Positions 39,935-48,650 of a stretch of DNA of 64,000 nucleotides are shown here, in pieces. The stretch is from an uncultured Gemmatimonadales bacterium (lineage in GTDB: Bacteria; Gemmatimonadota; Gemmatimonadetes; Gemmatimonadales; GWC2-71-9). The notes under the pieces were generated by a model. It had not been told where the DNA came from, did not search any database, and saw only the letters and a program-made list of their open reading frames with translations. The position numbers and the translations under genes are program-made. The DNA is taken from contig CAVOGR010000001.1 of assembly GCA_963695555.1 (NCBI GenBank), positions 800,001 through 864,000 on the forward strand, given 5' to 3'. Positions within the stretch are counted from its first letter, which is position 1. Every line of letters begins with the position of its first letter.

Positions 39935-40401
39935 GTCCCGGGACCGCAACGATGAGGGTGACCGTCGCCGGTAGTTCCCGGCGGGCTGGCTCGACACGTG
40001 GCTGGGCCGTCCCACCGATGAACACCGGGCCGTCCCGTTGTGGGGAGGATCGCCGTGTAGGGAGCGCTGGGATCGGATCCCTGTTCGCTGCCCGTCGCTG
40101 GGATCCGGCAAAGCCAGCGTCGTCGGGGCCGATACAAGGGGTATGACCGCCCCATTGGGGCCCGTTCATCTCCTGAGGCTTCCGGACTCGATCATCAGCT
40201 GCGCATTCTTCGCGCCCCGAATCTCTAACTGACCGCTTCTCGCAGGGTCGGTTCTGTGGAACCTGCTCGGGCACGCCGGGAGCAACGTGTAAGTGCGAGC
40301 GATTGCTGTCCCTTCACTCGTAGTGGGGGGCCGCGTCCCTGGAGCGCCGAGCTGTTCGGCGGCAGGAGGGAAAGGGCGGCAGCGACCGCGAGCATCTTCA
40401 C
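39931..40401 (-). pseudogene. Second DUF4402-like pilin subunit, frameshifted
   Basis: GGAG RBS + GTG; signal peptide then 'LRVKGQQSLA'; C-terminal 'QPAGNY..TVTLIVAV'. Confidence 0.45.
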
Positions 40402-40429
40402 GGGATCGGTCTCCGAGAACCTAGCGGGG

Positions 40430-40464
40430 ACCGATGGAGGCCCCAGCTTCGGGCCTCCACCGAT
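40430..40464 (-). terminator. Hairpin after the first pilin-like gene (terminator or mRNA stabiliser)
   Basis: Minus strand ATCGGTGGAGGCCC-GAAGCTG-GGGCCTCCATCGGT, fully paired allowing G-U. Confidence 0.6.
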
Positions 40465-40484
40465 CTTGGTGTCAGATGGAACCG

Positions 40485-41008
40485 CTGCGGTCCCGTTGTA
40501 GACCACCGTCATCGTGACCGGGGCCGTGTAGATCGCTCGGCGGGCTGGCTGGCGCACGGGGCTCACGGTACGCCAACGAAGACGTGAGCTCCGCCGGGGG
40601 TCGCACCGGTGCTCAACCGGAGACCTAACGGCCGCGGATGGCGTGAATGCCGTGCCGCCGGCCGCAGAGTCGTGGTGTGTGCACACCGGTCCGCCTGCGA
40701 TCGGGAGCACGTTGGCCGCGAAGACCAAGTCCGTCGGAGGCGCAAAGGTGATGTCCAGCACCCACGTTATCTGTTCACGGTGACGGGAAAGTGTCCTGCG
40801 GTCGGATCGGTGACGGCCACGTCACGGGCACGCCCGGAAACACATTGCCGAAGTCGAGGTCCGCGTCCCCTACCACCGCCAGCGGCGTGAGCACCGTCGC
40901 TCGGGCGGTGATGAAATCGGAGTTCTGGGCCTGCGCGGTGGCCGTGGCAAAGCCTGCAACGAGCGCCAGGGCCAAAGCGGCCTTGCAGAAGGTCCTCATG
41001 CTGGTCAT
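40485..41008 (-). pseudogene. DUF4402-like major pilin subunit, frameshifted
   Basis: Signal peptide; 'ITARATVLTPLAVVGDADLDFGNV'; C-terminal 'YTAPVTMTVVYN'; end approximate. Confidence 0.6.
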
Positions 41009-41176
41009 CCTCTCTCGTGGTTCAGGTAATCATGATGGGGTACTAGGGTGTCCCCACCTAGGCACTTCCCTAGCTCCTGAGCAATCCATATGCCAGGTGC
41101 CTCACACCCCTCATGAAATGTCGAATTACTTGATAGTAGTTGGCAGGAAAAATGCTCTAAGTCATTGTACTATATA

Positions 41177-41196
41177 GACTAGGGTAAACCCTAGTC
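41177..41196. promoter_or_regulatory. Palindromic operator-like site GACTAGGGT-AA-ACCCTAGTC
   Basis: Perfect 9-bp inverted repeat in the AT-rich divergent promoter region; related copies at 41044 and 41059. Confidence 0.6.
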
Positions 41197-41352
41197 AGCG
41201 TATTGGCTTTCGTCGGTTGTTCCTGTTGGCCTGTCGGTAATAGGAGGCGATTTATCGCCTTGGGTGGTAATGAGTTAGCTCGAGGCCTTCTCAGGAGACC
41301 TGGGAGAACGACGCCCGTCGGCTGGGGCTGAATCCTTCGCCTTGGAGGATGG

Positions 41353-41679
41353 ATGGCCACTCGTACCGCAGTTTGCCACGGCTTCGCGGTCCTGACCTTG
41401 GGCATGCTCCTGCTGTTGGCCCCAACGGCACTCGAGGCCCAGGAGAAGCGCTCGGTGACGGTGGGTGCCGCAATCGTCGAGTGTCCCAACCGGCAGGCCC
41501 TCGAGACGGCCATGCGGCTCCTTGCCGATCGACCGATTGCGTTGCTCAATCTCGAAGCGGTGGTCGTCGAGGACACACCCCTGGTCAACGTCACCGTGCT
41601 GGTTCGCCCTCTCGAGCAGAGACCATCGACCGACGCCGAGGCGGAGATCGTGGCGACGATTCACTTCCCGAGGAACTGA
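41353..41679 (+). CDS. Hypothetical secreted protein divergent from the pilus-like locus
   Basis: GGAGG RBS; signal peptide ending LEA-Q. Confidence 0.65.
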   Translation: MATRTAVCHGFAVLTLGMLLLLAPTALEAQEKRSVTVGAAIVECPNRQALETAMRLLADRPIALLNLEAVVVEDTPLVNVTVLVRPLEQRPSTDAEAEIVATIHFPRN

Positions 41680-41771
41680 CTCGGGGCCTCGCTGCCGTTC
41701 GTCCCCTCGAGAGCCCTTGGGGGCGTCCAGTTCAGCATCTTTCCCTCGTTGCACCAGCGGGTTATATTCCC

Positions 41772-41874
41772 GGTGCCTCAGGTCCGAAGGGCGCCGGCGC
41801 GTGAACCGCGTCAGGACCTCGCCGGTAGCAGCGCTAAGCGATGTCCGGTGTCGCTTCGGGGTGCCTGAGGCATT
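41772..41874 (+). ncRNA. ffs: Bacterial small SRP RNA (4.5S)
   Basis: Closing stem GGTGCCTCAGG/CCTGAGGCATT; GTGAACC..TCAGG..AGCAGC..TAAGCG core; -10 TATATT at 41763; directly upstream of dnaX. Confidence 0.88.
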
Positions 41875-41905
41875 TCCTCATCATCCCGAGTCGCCGCTCG
41901 CGCCC

Positions 41906-43572
41906 ATGACCATCGCGCTCGCCCGTCGCTACCGCCCCAAACAGTTCAGCGATCTCCTGGTCCAAGACCACGTCGCGGCCGTGCTGCGCGGTGCGGTCGA
42001 GCACCGCCGGGTCGGCCACGGCTACCTCCTCACCGGCCCGCGCGGCGTCGGGAAGACCACCGCCGCCCGGCTCCTCGCCATGGCCCTCAACTGCGAGCGG
42101 CCCGATGCGGCGCGCCGCCCCCGGCGAGCCCTGCGGAGAGTGCGACGGCTGCCGCCGCATCTGGACCGGTTCCACCAGCCTGGATGTGGTCGAGATCGAT
42201 GCCGCGAGCAACCGCGGGGTCGATGACGCCCGCGATCTCCGGGAGCGGGCCATGTATGCCTCCTCGAAGGAGGGCGGCTACAAGATCTACATCGTGGACG
42301 AAGCGCACATGCTGACCCGCGAGGCTTGGAACGCGCTCTTGAAGATCCTCGAAGAGCCGCCGCCGCGCGTGGTGTTCGTCTTCGCCACCACCGATCCGCA
42401 GAAGATCGCGTCGACGGCGGCACCGGTCCTGTCTCGGCTGCAGCGGTTCGACTTCCGTCGCATCGGCCCGGCGGCCATTCGGCAGCGGCTACGTGAGGTG
42501 GTCGATGCCGAGGGCATCGCGGCCGAGGACGACGCGCTGACCCTGATCGCCCGTCGGGCGGATGGCGGCATGCGCGACGCGCTGTCGGTGCTGGACCAGT
42601 GCTTGAGCCTGGGAGAAGGCGCCGTCACGACGGAGCGGGTGCGGGATGTGTTGGGCGCGGTGGATGACGAGCTCTATGCCGAGTTGCTCGACGCGGTCGC
42701 GGATCGTCGACCGGGCCTCGTCTTTCCCCTGGTCGACCGGCTCATGGACGCGGGCGTCGATCTCGGGGAGTTCATGGCCGGAGCCGCCGACACGCTCCGT
42801 GCCCTGCTCATGGTCAAACTCGGCGCAACGCCGAACGAGCTGACCGACGCCATGCGAGACACGCTCGACCCGGTTCGCGCCGCGGTTCGAGGCGGGCGAC
42901 CTGATCCGGATGCTCAAGCTGCTCGCGGACGACGAAACCAGCATCCGGCGAAGCGTCAATCCGCGCCTCATCGTGGAGACCCTCCTGCTGCGCTGGGCTC
43001 TGCTGGATCGCATCGTCGATCTGGCCCAGGTCCTGTCCGGAGAGTCGGGTTCCACGGCCCCGCAGCATCCTCGGCCAGACACGGGGTCGGCCAAGCCGGC
43101 GCCAATCCCCGCCGTCGACCCGGGCACTGTCGACCCGGACGCTCCTCCCACGGGCCAGCTGAGCGAGGAATGGTTGTCGGGCCACTGGAGCGACTTGGTC
43201 GCCACCGCGCGGACCAAGAGCCCGTTTCTGGGCGAAGCGCTCGCCTCGGCGCGGCCGGTTGCGGTATCGGGGTCCCGCGTGACGCTGGAGATGGCCGACA
43301 TCAATCCCATTTTCCAAGAGACGCTCGAGCGCCAAGTGCGGCAGGTCGAAGCGCTCCTGGCGGCCCACGTGGGGAAGGCCGTGACGGTCGCGGTCACGGC
43401 CGGTGGCACGGAGGCCGCGCCGGCGGGTTCGAAGCCACAGGCAGGGCAGGGTGCACGGCCTCGGCGGCTGTCCGATGCCCAGCTCAAGGCCGAACGACTC
43501 AAGGCCACCCGGGCCGCAGATGCCGCCCTGGATGCGGCGGCCGATGCATTAGATTTAGAGATTGTAGACTAG
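41906..43572 (+). CDS. dnaX: DNA polymerase III subunit gamma/tau (frameshifts near 42110 and 42870)
   Basis: [61 protein letters not shown]. Confidence 0.93.
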
Positions 43573-43654
43573 CCGACCTTCTGGCACCCGGTTTGCTTGT
43601 CCGGGCTGGTGTGCCGGCCTACTTTTGTCCGTTCAGCGTGAAACGACGAGACCA

Positions 43655-43963
43655 ATGGCAGATCTTCAGCAGCTTCTCCAGCTCGGCCAACAGATGCAGG
43701 GTAAGCTCCAGCAGCTCCAGACCGAGCTTGCCGACCGGACCATCGAAGCCTCGGCCGGAGGCGGCATGGTACGGGTGACGGCGGACGGCAGAGGAATGAT
43801 CCGCACGCTCGACATCGATCAAACAGTGTTTGCCGATCACGACGCGGAATTCCTGGCTGACCTGGTGCTGGCCGCCATGTCCGAGGTACAGCGGCGCGCC
43901 GCCGACATCCTCCAGGCGGAAATGCGGAAGGCGCAGTCGTTGCCCATCGCACCGCAACTTTGA
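43655..43963 (+). CDS. ybaB: YbaB/EbfC nucleoid-associated protein
   Basis: QQMQ..ASAGGGMVRVTADG..LADLVLAA; dnaX-ybaB-recR synteny. Confidence 0.92.
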   Translation: MADLQQLLQLGQQMQGKLQQLQTELADRTIEASAGGGMVRVTADGRGMIRTLDIDQTVFADHDAEFLADLVLAAMSEVQRRAADILQAEMRKAQSLPIAPQL

Positions 43964-43966
43964 GCT

Positions 43967-44560
43967 GTGAGCGTCATCGAGGATCTCATCACCGAACTGG
44001 CGAGGCTGCCGGGCATCGGCCGGAAGACGGCCCAGCGGTTGACCTACCATCTGTTGCGGCAGCCGGGCGAACAGACGGTGCGGCTGGCCGAGTGCCTCCA
44101 GACGGTGGCCGAGCGGGTGGCGCCCTGTTCTGAGTGCGGGATGCCCACCGAGCACGAACGCTGCGGATACTGCAGCGACCCGCGACGGGATGACGGGCTT
44201 CTCTGCGTGGTCGAGGAACCCTCGGGGGTGGAAGTAGTGGAGCGGAGCACTGAATTCCGTGGGCGCTACCACGTCCTTGGCGGCCATTTGTCACCGCTCG
44301 ATGGGATCGGCCCGGATGCGCTCCGGCTCGATCCCCTCGTCCAGCGCGTACGAGGCGGCCGGGTCCAAGAAGTGATCCTGGCGACGAACCCCTCGATGGA
44401 GGGAGAGGCAACGGCAACCTACATCCAGCAGTTGTTGGCGGGCTCAGATGTGAAGGTCACTCGGTTGGCGCGAGGGCTGCCCATGGGCGGCGATCTCGAG
44501 TACGTCGATGGCGTGACCCTGTCACACGCGCTCTTGGCCCGCGAGGAAGTCCGGTCGTGA
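43967..44560 (+). CDS. recR: Recombination mediator RecR
   Basis: LPGIGRKTAQRL, C4 Zn finger, YHVLGGHLSPLDGIGP, ATNPSMEGEATA. Confidence 0.97.
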   Translation: MSVIEDLITELARLPGIGRKTAQRLTYHLLRQPGEQTVRLAECLQTVAERVAPCSECGMPTEHERCGYCSDPRRDDGLLCVVEEPSGVEVVERSTEFRGRYHVLGGHLSPLDGIGPDALRLDPLVQRVRGGRVQEVILATNPSMEGEATATYIQQLLAGSDVKVTRLARGLPMGGDLEYVDGVTLSHALLAREEVRS

Positions 44561-44826
44561 GACCGCGTGCGGCATTCGTCGCCGCCGGGGCAGTGGCCGG
44601 CATCGCCACCGGGTGGCTGTTCGCGCGGCAGCACCTCGTGCGCCACCGACGCGACCTGTTCCACCCCAGTCCACTTCGGCGGCTGGCCGCCATCGGGTTC
44701 CTCGCCGGCCACCCGGGGGTGGATGCATTGGCGACGCTTCGGGACTACCTGCGATGGGAACCCCAACTCTTGCTGCGCCGCCGCGCGGGCTACGTGCTGC
44801 GACGCATGGAAGCGCGACTCGGGTGA
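44557..44826 (+). CDS. Hypothetical TM + HEAT-like protein
   Basis: GTGA overlaps with both recR and mglB; N-terminal TM, 'RRLAAIGFLA'. Confidence 0.7.
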   Translation: MRPRAAFVAAGAVAGIATGWLFARQHLVRHRRDLFHPSPLRRLAAIGFLAGHPGVDALATLRDYLRWEPQLLLRRRAGYVLRRMEARLG

Positions 44827-45329
44827 CGGGTCAAGACAGAACGGGCGCCTCGAGTTGGTCGTTCCGGGAGGAAGATTCCCGCCGGATTACGAGCATCCTC
44901 AACGAATTCTTGCAGGTATCGCGGGCCCGGACCGCGCTCATCGTCGACCGAAACGGGCAGATGATCGCGACGGTCGGTGAGCAGACCGCCTTCGATCCGC
45001 TCGCGTTTGCGTCCCTCACAGCGGCGGACTTCAGTGCGAACGACCAACTGGCGCGCCTGATCGGCGAGCCGGAGTTCGGGTCCCTCTTTCACCAGGGCGA
45101 GAAGGACTCGATGTACCTGGCTGACATTGCCCGCCGTGTGATCCTGGTGGTGCTCTTCGACAATCAAACCACGTTGGGATTGGTGAAGTTGCGGGTCAAA
45201 TCGGCCGTCGGGTCGCTCAATCACGTGTTCATCGAAATGCAGGCGCGGGAGGAAGCCGGTGCCAATCGGGTCGAGTCTGGATTTGTCGGCGATGCAGAAG
45301 ACGAAATCGACAGGCTCTTCGGAGAATAG
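44823..45329 (+). CDS. mglB: Roadblock/LC7 protein MglB
   Basis: ALIVDRNGQ, ASLTAADFSA..LARLIGEPEF..LFHQGE, TLGLVKLR; upstream of mglA. Confidence 0.92.
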   Translation: MTGQDRTGASSWSFREEDSRRITSILNEFLQVSRARTALIVDRNGQMIATVGEQTAFDPLAFASLTAADFSANDQLARLIGEPEFGSLFHQGEKDSMYLADIARRVILVVLFDNQTTLGLVKLRVKSAVGSLNHVFIEMQAREEAGANRVESGFVGDAEDEIDRLFGE

Positions 45330-45344
45330 GGAGACGAGCCGCTC

Positions 45345-46019
45345 ATGTCGATGATCAACTACGCGTCCCGCGAGATCAACTGCAAGCTCGTCTACTACGG
45401 CCCCGGGCTGGGCGGGAAGACGACGAACTTGGAGCACGTGTTCTCGAAGATCGCGCCGACGGCCAAGGGGAAGATGATCTCGCTCGCCACCGAAACCGAG
45501 CGAACCCTCTTCTTCGATTTCCTCCCGGTCGATCTCGGAACCATCCGCGGCTTCAAGACGCGGTTCCACCTGTATACGGTGCCCGGGCAGGTCTACTACA
45601 ATGCATCGCGGAAGTTGATTCTCAAAGGCGTCGATGGCGTCGCGTTCGTGGCCGACAGCCAGATCGAGCGCATGGAGGCCAACATCGAGTCGATGCAGAA
45701 TCTCTATTCCAATCTGGCGGAGCATGGCTACGACCTCACGCAGATTCCGTTCGTCATCCAGTACAACAAACGGGACTTGCCGAACGCCGCTCCAATCCAG
45801 GAGCTCCAGGCGGCGATCAACCCGGGCTGGCCGGTGGAGGACGTTACCCGCCAGCGACTGACGCCGGATCCGCTGCACGAAGGCGAGTTCTTCATCGAGC
45901 AGGTCGATGGTCACTGGGTCGAGCGGGCTCCCTATTTCGAATCGGTCGCAACCAGTGGCGACGGCGTGTTCGACACCCTCAAAGCGCTGAGCAAGCTTGT
46001 CATCAAGACTCTAGGGTAA
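45345..46019 (+). CDS. mglA: Gliding-motility Ras-like GTPase MglA
   Basis: [43 protein letters not shown]. Confidence 0.95.
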   Translation: MSMINYASREINCKLVYYGPGLGGKTTNLEHVFSKIAPTAKGKMISLATETERTLFFDFLPVDLGTIRGFKTRFHLYTVPGQVYYNASRKLILKGVDGVAFVADSQIERMEANIESMQNLYSNLAEHGYDLTQIPFVIQYNKRDLPNAAPIQELQAAINPGWPVEDVTRQRLTPDPLHEGEFFIEQVDGHWVERAPYFESVATSGDGVFDTLKALSKLVIKTLG

Positions 46020-46029
46020 GGGGTTCCCC

Positions 46030-46668
46030 ATGTGGACCCTGCCGAACATCATCACCATCATCCGCATCGCGATGACACCGGTCATCGCCCTGCTCCCCTT
46101 CATTGACGGATACTGGCCCAAGCTCATCGCCTTCGTGGTGTTCATCTTGGTCGCGGTGACCGATGTGTGGGATGGGTACCTGGCTCGCTCCAGAAATCAG
46201 GTCACCGATCTCGGTAAAGTGCTGGATCCGCTCGCAGACAAATTGCTCCTGGTCGCGGCCCTCGTTCCCATCTACTGGATATCCAAGCACCGGCAAGATC
46301 TCTATGGCATCCCGATCTGGGGTAGCATCCCGCTCTGGGTCTGCTTCCTTCTGCTCGGCCGCGAGTTTGCCATGACCGGATTCCGCGCCTGGGCCCAACG
46401 CCGAGGCGTGGTCATCGCCGCCGGGCCGGCCGGCAAGCTCAAGACCACGTTTCAGAATATCTTCATCGGGGCCATGATGGCCTGGTTCGCCTTTCGCGAT
46501 GCCCGCCGCCCGCTGGGGTGGGAAGGCAACAGCGTGGCCAACTTCTGGAACGAATTTCATGGGGGCTTCGTTGCCATTACGCTCGGGACGGCGGCACTCC
46601 TGACCGTATACTCATTCGTGGTCTACGTCTTCCGCTACCGCGCCCTCTTCTCCTCACGCCCGCACTAG
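46030..46668 (+). CDS. pgsA: CDP-alcohol phosphatidyltransferase (PgsA-like)
   Basis: LPNIITIIRI, TDVWDGYLAR..TDLGKVLDPLADKLL. Confidence 0.88.
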   Translation: MWTLPNIITIIRIAMTPVIALLPFIDGYWPKLIAFVVFILVAVTDVWDGYLARSRNQVTDLGKVLDPLADKLLLVAALVPIYWISKHRQDLYGIPIWGSIPLWVCFLLLGREFAMTGFRAWAQRRGVVIAAGPAGKLKTTFQNIFIGAMMAWFAFRDARRPLGWEGNSVANFWNEFHGGFVAITLGTAALLTVYSFVVYVFRYRALFSSRPH

Positions 46669-46673
46669 CGCTC

Positions 46674-47912
46674 TTGGACCTCGAACTCGTTACCATCGGC
46701 ACCGAGCTCCTGCTCGGCCTGACCGTCGATAGCAACACCGCGGACCTCGCCCAGATCCTCGCGCCGCACGGAATCCGGATCGTGCGACGAACCACCGTGC
46801 CAGACACGGTGACGAGCATTCACGATGCGGTGCATGAGGCGCTCGGGCGAACCGGCCGAGTGATCACCGTCGGCGGACTGGGCCCCACGAAGGACGACCT
46901 GACCCGGGACGTCGTGGCCCGGCTGTTCGACGCGCCGGTCACGTTCGACGAGCACGTGTGGAACGACCTCCTCACGCGATATCGCCGCGTCGGCCGTGAG
47001 CCGTCCGGCAGTAATCGCTCCCAAGCGATGATTCCGCGGGGCGCGACCGTGCTGCCGAACCGCTGGGGCACCGCCCCCGGTCTCTGGCTCGAGGGTCCCC
47101 TCGGGCTCGTGGTGATGCTGCCCGGCGTCCCGCACGAGATGCGGAAGCTGGCCAAGCACGAAGTCGGTCCACGCTTGGCCCCAGAAGATGGAGCTCAGGC
47201 GCCGATTGTGTCGCACGTGCTTCGGACCGCCGGCATCGCGGAATCCATGCTGGCTGACCGGCTCGGCGACATCGAGGACGTCATTCGGCCCGTCACCCTG
47301 GCGTATCTGCCACAAGTTGCCGGCGTGGACCTGCGCCTCACCTCCTGGAACGCGCCCCGGGCCCAAGCGGAGCAACGGTTTCGCGATGCCGCAGTGGAGG
47401 TCCGGAGGCGTGCCGGCGACCACTGCTACGGCGAGGGCGCGACCGACCTCGCCGCGGTAGTGCTCGACCGCGCGCGCCGGGCCGGGCTGACCATCGCCGT
47501 GGCGGAGTCCTGTACGGGTGGCTTGCTCGCCGGCCGCCTGACCGCGGTACCGGGGAGTTCCGATGTGTTCATCGGCGGTGTCGTCGCCTATCACAATCGG
47601 GTGAAGACCGACTTCCTCGGGGTCACTGAGGAGCTGATCGCCGACCACGGGGCGGTGAGTGAGGCCGTGGCACGAGCCATGGTCCAGGGCACCCGGGCGC
47701 GGTTCCTGCCCGACATTGCGCTCAGTATCACCGGTATCGCCGGCCCGGACGGCGGCTCGGCCGAGAAACCGGTCGGGACGGTGTGGATCGGGCTCTCCGT
47801 CGGGGCGGAGGAAGGCGCACTCCATCGCATCTACCATGGCAGCCGCTGGCAGATCCGGGAGCGGGCGGTGGCAGGAACACTGTACGAACTGCTCCTCCGC
47901 CTGCCAGTGTGA
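46674..47912 (+). CDS. cinA: Competence/damage-inducible protein CinA (MoCF domain + PncC)
   Basis: IGTELLLG..DSN, GGLGPTKDDLT, LPGVP, AESCTGG, GAVSE, ITGIAGP..KPVGTV. Confidence 0.93.
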   Translation: MDLELVTIGTELLLGLTVDSNTADLAQILAPHGIRIVRRTTVPDTVTSIHDAVHEALGRTGRVITVGGLGPTKDDLTRDVVARLFDAPVTFDEHVWNDLLTRYRRVGREPSGSNRSQAMIPRGATVLPNRWGTAPGLWLEGPLGLVVMLPGVPHEMRKLAKHEVGPRLAPEDGAQAPIVSHVLRTAGIAESMLADRLGDIEDVIRPVTLAYLPQVAGVDLRLTSWNAPRAQAEQRFRDAAVEVRRRAGDHCYGEGATDLAAVVLDRARRAGLTIAVAESCTGGLLAGRLTAVPGSSDVFIGGVVAYHNRVKTDFLGVTEELIADHGAVSEAVARAMVQGTRARFLPDIALSITGIAGPDGGSAEKPVGTVWIGLSVGAEEGALHRIYHGSRWQIRERAVAGTLYELLLRLPV

Positions 47913-47982
47913 CCGGCATTCCTGGTATGTGGTTTGCCATTATCTTCCTGAGTCCATTTGATACATCAGGAGAAGACGACTA

Positions 47983-48642
47983 GTGACCAAGAAACGCCGC
48001 CCCCATCCGCCCCACGACCCGCCTGCCTACGACGCGGACGGCCCGGACGCCGCGCTCGACGAGGGGCCAGTGGCTGAAGACCTGCTGGCACCAGACGAAC
48101 TGGTAATGAGCCCGGATGCGGAGGCCCCGCCGAGGTCGGAGCATGGCGAGCCGGCGGACGGTGTGCCGTTCGAGATGCCACTCGCGGCGGTCAAGCGCCT
48201 CCAGGAAACGCTAGATGAGCTCCAGGACCGCCACGCGCGCCTGGCGGCCGAGTTCGATAATTACCGGAAGCGGGTCAATCGGGAGAAGCTCGAATTGGGC
48301 GATCGCGCCCAAGGTGCCTTCGCCAATCGGCTGCTCGAGGTGCTGGACGATCTGGATCGGTTGCTGGCGGAATCGGAAACCGCAAAGCCGGCGCATACCC
48401 TGCACGAGGCTCTGGTGCTGGTGGATCGGAAGCTCAGGAAGGAGCTGGAAGGGGCAGGCCTCGAGCGGATCCATTCGGATGGCGCCCCGTTCGACCCGAG
48501 CCAGCATGAAGCGGTGGCCGCGCTTCCACCGCCCGAGCCCGAACTCGACCATCACGTTGCCGCGACGTTTCAGGCCGGCTATCGCTTCAAAGGCAACCTG
48601 ATCCGGCCGGCTCGCGTTCAAGTCTACACGGATCAAGGTTAG
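47983..48642 (+). CDS. grpE: Nucleotide exchange factor GrpE
   Basis: RLAAEFDNYRKR, FDPSQHEAV, GY..LIRPARV. Confidence 0.95.
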   Translation: MTKKRRPHPPHDPPAYDADGPDAALDEGPVAEDLLAPDELVMSPDAEAPPRSEHGEPADGVPFEMPLAAVKRLQETLDELQDRHARLAAEFDNYRKRVNREKLELGDRAQGAFANRLLEVLDDLDRLLAESETAKPAHTLHEALVLVDRKLRKELEGAGLERIHSDGAPFDPSQHEAVAALPPPEPELDHHVAATFQAGYRFKGNLIRPARVQVYTDQG

Positions 48643-48650
48643 AGGCGGGC

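Noticed and set aside
42100..42890. Programmed ribosomal frameshifting in dnaX (gamma/tau)
   Set aside because: The breaks fall in the N-terminal Zn module and in domain III, with no A-AAA-AAG or poly-A slippery site; similar single-base indels hit unrelated genes, so consensus error is more likely
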